From Patescibacteria group bacterium (lineage in GTDB: Bacteria > Patescibacteriota > Minisyncoccia > Phycocordibacterales > CSBR16-119): DNA of 64,000 nucleotides. The position numbers and the translations under genes are program-made. The stretch spans positions 1,331 through 65,330 of the forward strand of contig JBPOJJ010000001.1 in assembly GCA_052033715.1 (NCBI GenBank), read 5' to 3'. Shown in pieces: positions 53,403 to 61,198 of this stretch; the first letter of the stretch is position 1; every line of letters begins with the position of its first letter. The notes beneath the pieces were generated by a model that saw only the letters and a program-made list of their open reading frames with translations, ran no database searches and was not told the origin of the DNA.

Positions 53403-55205
53403 CTACTCCCGCATCATCTTTAGAAACACATCGTGTGGAATATTTACATTTCCTTTTCCGCGTGCGGCCATTTTTTTCTTGCCTTTTTTCTGCTTTTCGC
53501 GCAGTTTCATTTTTCGAGTGATATCTCCACCGTACATGTGCTGAGTGACGTCCTTGCTGAAAGCCTTCAGGGTTTCAGATGACAAAATTCGGCCAAGCGC
53601 CCTGCCCTGGATTTTCGTCACGAACATTTGTCGTGGCATAATCTCATGAAGTTTTTTTACGGCCTTTTCCGCCTCTTCTTGGACTTTGCGACGAGACACC
53701 ACGCGGGCAAAAGCCACGACCGGCTCGTCTGCGACAAGAATATCCATACGCACAACATCAGCTTCGCGATATGCACCAATTTCATAAGAAATGGAAGCGT
53801 AACCGGATGAAGCGGATTTCAAATCGTCAAAAAAGTTCCTCATGAGTTCGCGAAGTGGCATCTCGACGAGCATTTGAGTTCGGTTATCGCCGAAATTCTC
53901 GACGTCTTTGGCCTCGGCTTCGTGATCAAATAGTAACTGCATGATGTTCCCCAGATATCCGGTCGGTGTGATGATTTTTACTTCCACCCACGGCTCTAAA
54001 ATTTCTGACAACTCCCCATCATTTGGAAAAGTATGCGGTGAATAAATCATTTCTTCCTTGCCGGTGTTTCGGTATTTGACTTTGTAAGTGATGGATGGAC
54101 TCGTAACAACAAGTTCGAGATTAAATTCTCGACGCAAGCGTTCAGTAATAATTTCCAGGTGAAGCATTCCCAGAAATCCAGCGCGAAATCCTCGGCCGAG
54201 CGCGCCAGAAGTTTCTTCTTCGTATGTAAGTGATGAGTCAGAAAGTTTCAATTTACCGAGAGATGCCCGCAGTTCATCAAAATCGTCTTGGTCTTCAGGA
54301 TAAATCGACGCCCAGACAACTGGACGCGGCGTCATGTAGCCTTCGAGGGTTGGTAGTGGATTTTTCTCTGGCGTAACCGTGTCTCCGACAGATGCCACGC
54401 CCGGCTTTTTGATACCTGTGACGATGTAGCCAATTTCTCCAGCCGAGATTTTGTCTGTCGGCACAGGACTTGGTGAGAAAATTCCAACTTCGAGCGCGAT
54501 GAATTTTTCGTTCGCCGAAGCGAATTTCAAAACATCGCCTTTTTTGATCGTGCCATCAATAGCGCGCACATAAACGATCACGCCTTTGTGATTTGAATAT
54601 TGAAAATCAAAGACGAGAGATCGTGAACTATTTGTTTCTGGAATTTTCTCGACTGGTGGTGGAACGCGCTCGAGAATTGTCTCGAGAAGTTTTGGCACGC
54701 CTTCTCCAGTACGACCAGACACCGTTAAAATTTCATCTTCGCTAATACCCAGGACTTTAGCCACTTCGGCCTTAACTTCGTCTACTCGGGAAAGCGGTGA
54801 ATCAATTTTCGACAGAACAGGAATGATTTTCACACCCAATTTTTGCGCCATATGAAGCGTAGTGAAAGTCTGGGCTTGGACTCCTTGAGTCGAGTCAACA
54901 AGCATGATTGAGCCCTCAACTGCCTGAAGCGCACGCGAAACTTCATAAGAGAAATCGATGTGTCCTGGAGTGTCGATGAGGTTAAAGACGTAATTCTCGC
55001 CATTGTGCGTATAATTCATTCGAACCGGCTGCATTTTGATAGTGATTCCACGCTCACGCTCAAGCTCCATATTATCGAGCACTTGATCCTGCATTTTGCG
55101 CTTCTCTATGGTGTTCGTAATCTCAAGAAGCCGATCCGCGAGGGTCGACTTGCCGTGGTCAATATGAGCTATAATGCTGAAATTCCTGATTTTCTTCAAA
55201 TCCAT
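53403..55205 (-). CDS. lepA: Elongation factor 4 (LepA)
   Basis: 600 aa. G-domain motifs are AHIDHGKST, DTPGHIDF and the NKID-equivalent SKID. Has a LepA-specific C-terminal domain. Confidence 0.9.
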   Translation of the reverse strand: MDLKKIRNFSIIAHIDHGKSTLADRLLEITNTIEKRKMQDQVLDNMELERERGITIKMQPVRMNYTHNGENYVFNLIDTPGHIDFSYEVSRALQAVEGSIMLVDSTQGVQAQTFTTLHMAQKLGVKIIPVLSKIDSPLSRVDEVKAEVAKVLGISEDEILTVSGRTGEGVPKLLETILERVPPPVEKIPETNSSRSLVFDFQYSNHKGVIVYVRAIDGTIKKGDVLKFASANEKFIALEVGIFSPSPVPTDKISAGEIGYIVTGIKKPGVASVGDTVTPEKNPLPTLEGYMTPRPVVWASIYPEDQDDFDELRASLGKLKLSDSSLTYEEETSGALGRGFRAGFLGMLHLEIITERLRREFNLELVVTSPSITYKVKYRNTGKEEMIYSPHTFPNDGELSEILEPWVEVKIITPTGYLGNIMQLLFDHEAEAKDVENFGDNRTQMLVEMPLRELMRNFFDDLKSASSGYASISYEIGAYREADVVRMDILVADEPVVAFARVVSRRKVQEEAEKAVKKLHEIMPRQMFVTKIQGRALGRILSSETLKAFSKDVTQHMYGGDITRKMKLREKQKKGKKKMAARGKGNVNIPHDVFLKMMRE

Positions 55206-55285
55206 TACAAGGGCAATATTACCAGAAAATAGTCAAAAATGAAGGGTTGTTTTTAGATACCAGATTTATGTGGCATAATGATTTT

Positions 55286-56740
55286 ATGCCAAAAATCAAA
55301 GATATTTTTGAAAAAATGACGAATAAACCCAGTCCTGAGGACATGGTTTGGATTCAAAGGGCATATGACTTTGCCCAAAAAGCCCACGAAGGGCAACTTC
55401 GCGCTTCGGGCGAGCCCTATTTCAATCACGTATTCGAGGTTTCTAAAATTCTCGCCGAATACGGTATGGATACGAAGACAGTCATCGCCGGACTTCTGCA
55501 CGACACAATAGAAGACACACCCATAAAGGAAGAAGAGGTTGAAAAACAATTTGGCGAAGACGTTTTGTTTCTCGTAAACGGCGTAACCAAACTTGGAAAA
55601 GTAAAATATCGTGGCGAAGAACGTCATGTCGAGTCGCTACGTAAATTTTTCGTCGCCATGGCCGAAGATGCTCGTGTCATCATCATCAAACTCGCCGACC
55701 GTCTACACAATGTCCGCACGCTCGAACACTTAAAGCCAGAAAAAGCCAAACGTATAGCCCTCGAAACTATCGAGATTCATGCTCCGATGGCAAATCGTCT
55801 CGGTATGTGGCGACTCAAGGGCGAGCTCGAGGATTTATCTTTTCCTTATGCTTTTCCAAAAGAATTCGAAGAAATAAAAAATCTACTACAGAAGAAGGCC
55901 GAGGCCGATCAATCCCATGTTGAAGTCATCCACAAAGAATTAACGAAGGAACTTAAAAAGCATGGCATAAAGGTTATCAATACCAGCTCTCGCATGAAAG
56001 GGCTCTACAGTCTCTACAAAAAACTCCGCAAAAAAGACATGGATATCGACAAGATTTACGACATCATGGCACTGCGAGTCATCGTGCCGACAATTGAAGA
56101 TTGTTATAAAGTTCTCGGAATTATTCATGGTATGTGGAAACCAATCCCAGGGCGAATCAAAGACTTCATTGCCCTACCAAAACCAAATGGCTACAAGAGC
56201 ATCCACACGACAATTTTCACCGGCGGCGGAAGCGTGGCTGAAATTCAAATCCGCACGCCAGAAATGCACGAACAAGCCGAGTTCGGTATCGCTTCGTTTT
56301 TTACTTACAAAGAAGGTTTCAAAAAAACCGACAAACATCGTGACTGGATAGAGCAATTCAAAGAACTTCAGAAAAATGTCGCCAAGCCTTCGGCCTTCTT
56401 GAAAAATTTGAAAATTGATTTCTTCTCAAAGAGAATTTTCGTCTTCACACCCAAGGGTGCAGTTATCGATTTACCAGAAGATTCGAGCGTAATTGATTTT
56501 GCCTACGCCGTGCACTCCAAGATCGGCGATCACGCTTCAGGTGCCAAGGTCAACGGTAAATACTCCAAACTCGATACAATTCTTCACAATGGCGATATCG
56601 TTCTAATTGAAACAAACGAAAAGGCCGTGCCAAATAGTAAGTGGCTGGACACTGCAAAAACCACACTTGCCCGTCGTCACATCAAAAGATACGTGGACGA
56701 AAACAGTCTTATGACCAAGTTCATGAATAGATTTCGATAG
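55286..56740 (+). CDS. Bifunctional (p)ppGpp synthetase/hydrolase (RelA/SpoT homologue, short form: HD + synthetase + TGS)
   Basis: HD hydrolase motif VIAGLLHDTIEDT. Synthetase domain (...YKSIHTTIF...). TGS domain (IFVFTPKGAVIDLPEDSSVIDFAYAVHSKIG). The track start at 55247 is TTG. In-frame ATGs lie at 55268 and 55286, so the start is uncertain between them. Confidence 0.8.
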   Translation: MPKIKDIFEKMTNKPSPEDMVWIQRAYDFAQKAHEGQLRASGEPYFNHVFEVSKILAEYGMDTKTVIAGLLHDTIEDTPIKEEEVEKQFGEDVLFLVNGVTKLGKVKYRGEERHVESLRKFFVAMAEDARVIIIKLADRLHNVRTLEHLKPEKAKRIALETIEIHAPMANRLGMWRLKGELEDLSFPYAFPKEFEEIKNLLQKKAEADQSHVEVIHKELTKELKKHGIKVINTSSRMKGLYSLYKKLRKKDMDIDKIYDIMALRVIVPTIEDCYKVLGIIHGMWKPIPGRIKDFIALPKPNGYKSIHTTIFTGGGSVAEIQIRTPEMHEQAEFGIASFFTYKEGFKKTDKHRDWIEQFKELQKNVAKPSAFLKNLKIDFFSKRIFVFTPKGAVIDLPEDSSVIDFAYAVHSKIGDHASGAKVNGKYSKLDTILHNGDIVLIETNEKAVPNSKWLDTAKTTLARRHIKRYVDENSLMTKFMNRFR

Positions 56741-56743
56741 AAA

Positions 56744-57736
56744 CTATAGCGAGAAGTTACTGATGTTATAGAGATCGGCATCTTCTTCGGATTTTTTCTT
56801 CTCGGAGTCGTCACGATCATCCAACATCTCAACCTCTTCGGATTTTTCTTCTGGATAAACTACCGGCGTCTCAACATTTGCAAATTTTTCATCATGTAAA
56901 GAAATACCTTTGGACTGGAGAGCCTGAATAAGGGAATCTAAATCTTCTTTGGAGAAAAAGTCGATGGTAAGCTTCCCGCCGAAATCTTTCTTGTCAATTC
57001 GCACCCGAGTCCCGAGCGTCTCGCCAAGTTTTGTTTCGATTTCTTCCATTTCTGGATCCGGTAGAAGTTCGTGCTTCCTGACCTTGTCTTTGGCAATACC
57101 GCGTGCGATACGTTCAGCCTCACGCACCGTCATTTTCTTGAACACAATTTCTTTGAATAGAACCGACTGTTCGTCTGCGCGGTCGTTTAACATAAGAAGT
57201 GGTCGAGTGTGACCTTCGTTAATTTTTCCAGCCGACAATGCATCGATTATTTCCTGGGGCATCTGTAACATGCGCAAACTGTTCGAAACATATTCTCGCG
57301 ATTTTCCAACTTTCCTCCCGATTTCAGCATGAGAGAAATTGAATTCGGTGGCAAGTCGAAGAAACGCCCGCGCACGATCAATCGGGCTCAGGTCTTCCCT
57401 CTGCAAGTTCTCGATGATCGCGAGTTCGAGCTTCATCATCGGGTTTTCTTCTTTCCTGATGACGGCTGGGACCTGTGATAGGCCAGCTAAGCGTGAGGCT
57501 CGGAGACGTCGTTCACCAGCAATAAGTTCGTAATTTACGTTAAATCCCCCGTCTTCGTTTTGAACTTCGATGCGAGAAACGACGAGCGGCTGCAGTACGC
57601 CGTATTGGCGGATAGATTCGGCCAAGTCTTTCAAACGCGCTTCGTCAAAGTCCCGTCGTGGCTGATACGGGTTTGGAACGATTTTATGGGTATCGATAAA
57701 AAATATAGAATCTCCGGCAATTTCGTTATTTGGCAT
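56744..57736 (-). CDS. parB: Chromosome partitioning protein ParB/Spo0J with an extended acidic C-terminal tail
   Basis: 330 aa. ParB box GERRLRA. HTH region. The C-terminal ~70 aa are Glu/Asp-rich. Confidence 0.85.
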   Translation of the reverse strand: MPNNEIAGDSIFFIDTHKIVPNPYQPRRDFDEARLKDLAESIRQYGVLQPLVVSRIEVQNEDGGFNVNYELIAGERRLRASRLAGLSQVPAVIRKEENPMMKLELAIIENLQREDLSPIDRARAFLRLATEFNFSHAEIGRKVGKSREYVSNSLRMLQMPQEIIDALSAGKINEGHTRPLLMLNDRADEQSVLFKEIVFKKMTVREAERIARGIAKDKVRKHELLPDPEMEEIETKLGETLGTRVRIDKKDFGGKLTIDFFSKEDLDSLIQALQSKGISLHDEKFANVETPVVYPEEKSEEVEMLDDRDDSEKKKSEEDADLYNISNFSL

Positions 57737-57796
57737 GGAGATATTTTAGCATATCAAAAACAAATATGATTTTTACAGTCTTGTGAATTAACTAAA

Positions 57797-57969
57797 TTGA
57801 CTTATTTTATGGGTAGTGATATCTTATTTTTACTGGTCCATTACAAGGCACCATCAGGCGCAAAGGCGCCGCAAAAAGGAGCCTCGCCGCCCCGTAAGAC
57901 GGCGGTGAACCATATCGATCGGACCCGATCGATGAAGCCCGCCCCGTGAGGCGGGCTTCGATCTTTTTT
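57797..57969 (+). ncRNA. Candidate small RNA (~140 nt): consensus-like promoter, three consecutive GC-rich hairpins, intrinsic terminator
   Basis: TTGACT (57797..57802), 17-nt spacer, TATCTT (57820..57825) preceded by TG. Hairpins are GGCGCaaaGCGCC, GCCGCCccgtaagaCGGCGG and ATCGATCGgaccCGATCGAT. Terminator GAAGCCCGCCccgtgaGGCGGGCTTCgatctttttt ends ~57969. No plus-strand ORF. Confidence 0.35.
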
Positions 57970-58027
57970 AAAAGAGATTTTCACGGTTGTTTTTTATAGA
58001 AAGCTCGAGTAAAATCATTGGACACTT

Positions 58028-58109
58028 GCCGGAGTGGCGGAATTGGTAGACGCGCACGACTCAAAATCGTGTCTCGCAAGGGGTGGAGGTTCGATTCCTC
58101 TCTCCGGCA
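58028..58109 (+). tRNA. tRNA-Leu (anticodon CAA), class II with a long variable arm
   Basis: GCCGGAG TG GCG GAATTGGTAGA CGC G CACGA CTCAAAA TCGTG TCTCGCAAGGGGT GGAGG TTCGATT CCTCT CTCCGGC A. 82 nt. Confidence 0.85.
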
Positions 58110-58119
58110 CAAAACGAGC

Positions 58120-58156
58120 GAAGCCGACCCCCAGGGGGCCGGCTTCTGTTCTTTGA
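58120..58156 (+). terminator. Rho-independent terminator after tRNA-Leu
   Basis: GAAGCCGacccccagggggcCGGCTTCtgttctttg. Confidence 0.5.
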
Positions 58157-58159
58157 TGG

Positions 58160-58640
58160 GTGTCGAGTTAATCCACTCGCTTACGGGATAAGTGGTTCCT
58201 TTTTCAGTTTACATCTCTTCGATGTATTTCAAGCAGGTCTTGGCCGAATGGCGTTGTGGACCTAGTTGGAATGGTGGTGTACTGAATAAAGTCGCTTGCG
58301 ATCACCCATGAGGCACCCTTACTTGGGGCCATGCGTTATTCGTTTAATATATTACTCACCCACAAAAATTTGTCAAGCACGTTTAAAATACAAAAAGGAA
58401 GGGCGGGTCCATAGAGAACCCGCCCAGCACCTTGTCCACAAGAAACATCTGTCCTTGTGGCTTGCGCAAAACATCTCTGGTCCAAACAGGAGAAGAACTT
58501 CCCGGCCGGAAAAGCCTCCTCAGTCTCCAGCTCGTGTAACCGAGCCCTCACTTTTCTGCTATGAGACGGACCTTTGGTGGGTATCTAATCCATCCGCGAT
58601 GTTTAGACGATCACTTGCGTGTCGCCTTATTGCGCTAAAC
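58160..58640. other. ~480-nt non-coding, GC-elevated (~48%) region rich in hairpins between tRNA-Leu and miaA; candidate structured RNA of unknown class
   Basis: The ORFs here (58083..58265, 58296..58661, 58336..58551) have junk-like composition. Hairpins include CGAGTtaatccACTCG and GGGCGGGTccatagagaACCCGCCC. The minus strand contains GGATTAGATACCC. Confidence 0.25.
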
Positions 58641-58711
58641 GGTCAAAGAACGTATATATAATATTAGACACTTTCATATTTATGTCAATTGGTTATAATC
58701 GTCGAACTAGT

Positions 58712-59551
58712 ATGAAAAACCTGCCAAAAATCTACGTCGTCTGCGGCCCAACGGCGACCGGTAAATCTGACCACGCCGTGGAACTGGCTTTAAAGCTTGA
58801 TGGCGAGGTTATTTCGGCTGACTCCAGACAGATTTATCGTGGGATGGATTTGGGCACGGGGAAAATTACCTATGAGGAAATGAAAGGGGTTCCGCATCAC
58901 CTGCTCGATATCCGTGATCCAAACGATGATTTTTCTGTCGAGGAATTTCAGAAATTATGTTTTGAAAAAATTAAGGAAATCCTCGCTCGCGGAAAAACTC
59001 CAATCATTTGTGGAGGTACGGGATTCTATATCCAATCAGTTATAGACAATGTCATTTTCCAAGACATTCCGAAAAACAAATCACTTCGCAAAGAATTGGA
59101 AGAAAAAAGTATTGACGAACTAAAAGAAATTTTGGCCCAAATTCCAAAAGAAGAGGGCGTAAAAATCGACATCGAAAACAAGCGCCGCGTTATCCGCGCC
59201 ATCGAGATCGGTAAATTCCTCGGCAAACTTGTTTGTCTACAAAAAGGCCCGCAAAAATATAATTTTGAAATAATCTATCTAGACAAACCAGACGAGGAAT
59301 TAAAAGAAAGAATTACAAAAAGGCTGGAAGCAAGGTTGAAAGCTGGAATGGTCATAGAAGTGCAAAAGCTTCACGATGATGGTATATCTTGGGAACGACT
59401 CGAGAACTTTGGTCTCGAATACAAGCACATCGCCGAATTTTTGCAGAATAAAATTACTGAATCGGAAATGATCGAAATATTAAAACTAAAAATTTGGCAA
59501 TATGCCAAACGCCAAAGGACATGGTTCAAGAAATATTGTAAAAAAAATTAG
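58712..59551 (+). CDS. miaA: tRNA dimethylallyltransferase MiaA
   Basis: ATG at 58712 (MKNLPKIYVVCGPTATGKSDHAVELA). P-loop GPTATGKS. ISADSRQIYRGMDLGTGK is the MiaA signature. The track ORF from GTG 58619 is an over-extension. A TATAAT lies at 58694..58699. Confidence 0.85.
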   Translation: MKNLPKIYVVCGPTATGKSDHAVELALKLDGEVISADSRQIYRGMDLGTGKITYEEMKGVPHHLLDIRDPNDDFSVEEFQKLCFEKIKEILARGKTPIICGGTGFYIQSVIDNVIFQDIPKNKSLRKELEEKSIDELKEILAQIPKEEGVKIDIENKRRVIRAIEIGKFLGKLVCLQKGPQKYNFEIIYLDKPDEELKERITKRLEARLKAGMVIEVQKLHDDGISWERLENFGLEYKHIAEFLQNKITESEMIEILKLKIWQYAKRQRTWFKKYCKKN

Positions 59552-60174
59552 TTGGACTTAAGACCACTACAACTTTTTGAAGACCAAAGACCGACACCGC
59601 TGTTTTTTGCTTTCGCCTGAATTTCCTTATAGACTGCCTGCTTCTCGTACGGTTTAATGTAAGTATATTCGTAGGCATAGCCGAAACTTATGATTACTTC
59701 CCCATAATCCCGTCCATCAACAAGTGTGACGTAGCGCAAAAGCCTTTGGTACCTATCTCGCTCATCCTGCGTCGGATCAATGACAAGAGCAACCTTCTGT
59801 CCGACCAGGGTTTTCTTGGCGAACTCCGAGGCTTCCCTGCCGAAACATTCGACGTCTTTGCGCGGATCGACTGTCTCGGGAGTGTTGATACCAATGACGC
59901 GAACAGTTTCTTCTTCCCCATTGATCATCACCTTGAAAGTATCGCCGTCGACAACGCGAGTGACGACATATTCTTCGCTGACTGTTCTAACAGGCTCTCC
60001 TTCTTCCTCTAACTCCACAACAACGGCTGTTTGGCCTTCCAATACTTCGGTTTCTATGATTTTAGATATTTCCTCGACATCTTTGGCCTCCTTTATCCCA
60101 CTGTTTATAAGGAGAAATATGACGATGGGCCCGATCAAATACCAAGACTTTTTCAAGTAATTTTTCACCCCCAT
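59548..60174 (-). CDS. Membrane-anchored thermonuclease (staphylococcal nuclease/SNase-like)
   Basis: 208 aa. N-terminal TM helix. SNase motifs VVDGDTFKVMINGEEETVRVIGINTPE and ...YQRLLRYV. Confidence 0.7.
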   Translation of the reverse strand: MGVKNYLKKSWYLIGPIVIFLLINSGIKEAKDVEEISKIIETEVLEGQTAVVVELEEEGEPVRTVSEEYVVTRVVDGDTFKVMINGEEETVRVIGINTPETVDPRKDVECFGREASEFAKKTLVGQKVALVIDPTQDERDRYQRLLRYVTLVDGRDYGEVIISFGYAYEYTYIKPYEKQAVYKEIQAKAKNSGVGLWSSKSCSGLKSN

Positions 60175-60210
60175 ATTTTAGCAAATCAAATCATGAAAAA
60201 ACGAAGGAGC

Positions 60211-60831
60211 CTACGTGAGTAGGCTCCTGACTTCGTCGACGTGCTCAAGCGCGTCATAGAACTGCACCGGCTTGAGACCTGCTTGAACGCGATCTTCGCT
60301 CAGAATCTTGTACTCGATCTGGGCGCCGATAGAGCCCTGCCAGTCCGGCATCCGCCAGACCGCTTCGAGCTTCTCATGCATCATGATCGGACGATAGAAA
60401 TACTTGAAGAGATCTCTGTAGAAGGCCTCTTCGTTGTGCTTCCGATCATAGTAAGTATCGGCAAGCCGTTTGATGTCCGTCTCGAACAGAAGCTGGAAGA
60501 ACACGGTCGCCGGTCCGGGTAGGCCACCCTTGCGTATCCGAAAATAGACACGCCGGAAAATCTCGAAATTCTGATCGACACTCCGTCTGGGGTTACCAGT
60601 TGTCATTGGACCAATTCCGATACAGAACGGCCCGTCAATCCCCCAAATATGTCGCTGGGCTACGCCACCGAGCATGTCCAAGTTCTGGGATCTCATCATT
60701 GCAACAATGTGCTCTGATTTGAAGCCAAAACTGGTCAGGGCATCGAGAATGAATATCCTCTGGCGATGTCTGGGCTCTCTTTGCAAATCGCTGTGTCTCA
60801 TATGGAAGGTTCGTTGGTTTGCTGGAGACAA
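60211..60831 (-). CDS. Hypothetical protein (GC-elevated cassette next to tRNA-Trp); weak sulfotransferase-like resemblance, possibly N-terminally truncated
   Basis: 206-aa ORF, ~52% GC, rich in Arg/Trp/Tyr/Phe. No confident motif. Bounded upstream by the tRNA-Trp region. Confidence 0.4.
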   Translation of the reverse strand: MSPANQRTFHMRHSDLQREPRHRQRIFILDALTSFGFKSEHIVAMMRSQNLDMLGGVAQRHIWGIDGPFCIGIGPMTTGNPRRSVDQNFEIFRRVYFRIRKGGLPGPATVFFQLLFETDIKRLADTYYDRKHNEEAFYRDLFKYFYRPIMMHEKLEAVWRMPDWQGSIGAQIEYKILSEDRVQAGLKPVQFYDALEHVDEVRSLLT

Positions 60832-60995
60832 TGTAACAGAAAAATGAACAAAAGCAAAACCCCTACACGAGACTGCCTCGACTGGAAATTTAGCTCGAAA
60901 TGTTATACTATTTTGTAATTCGCTCTTTGTAGAATTTATAGGGCGGCAACCTCACGGTTACCGCTAACGGCCTCGCGAATCTCGCGGGGCCAGTT

Positions 60996-61066
60996 GGGCG
61001 ATTAGTTAAGTGGTATAACTTCGGTCTCCAAAACCGATGTCGTGGGTTCGATTCCCCCATCGCCCG
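60996..61066 (+). tRNA. tRNA-Trp (anticodon CCA)
   Basis: GGGCGAT TA GTTA AGTGGTA TAAC T TCGGT CTCCAAA ACCGA TGTC GTGGG TTCGATT CCCCC ATCGCCC G. 71 nt. One T-C mismatch in the T-stem, other stems perfect. Confidence 0.8.
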
Positions 61067-61156
61067 CCTTTAACAGGTAGCACGAGATGCTTTAGTTTGT
61101 AAGTGTTTTTATTAAGTCAAAAATTGACCCACTTGAGACATCCGAACTTTGCATAA

Positions 61157-61194
61157 ATACTAAAAAGAGTGACAATTGTCACTCTTTTTAGTAT
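61157..61194. terminator. Perfect 38-bp palindrome acting as a bidirectional intrinsic terminator between tRNA-Trp and nirK
   Basis: ATACTAAAAAGAGTGACAATTGTCACTCTTTTTAGTAT. Confidence 0.6.
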
Positions 61195-61198
61195 TTAA

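Noticed and set aside
58575-58587. Exact 13-mer GGATTAGATACCC (the universal 16S rRNA 785-797 motif) on the minus strand
   Set aside because: The flanking sequence shows no further 16S similarity and the interval is far too short for an rRNA gene. It is treated as coincidence or a fragment and mentioned only within the ncRNA-candidate finding.
58083-58661. ORFs 58083..58265 (+), 58296..58661 (+), 58336..58551 (-)
   Set aside because: 58083..58265 starts inside tRNA-Leu. The others are Arg/Pro/Ser-rich with no coding periodicity. The region is better explained as non-coding or structured RNA.
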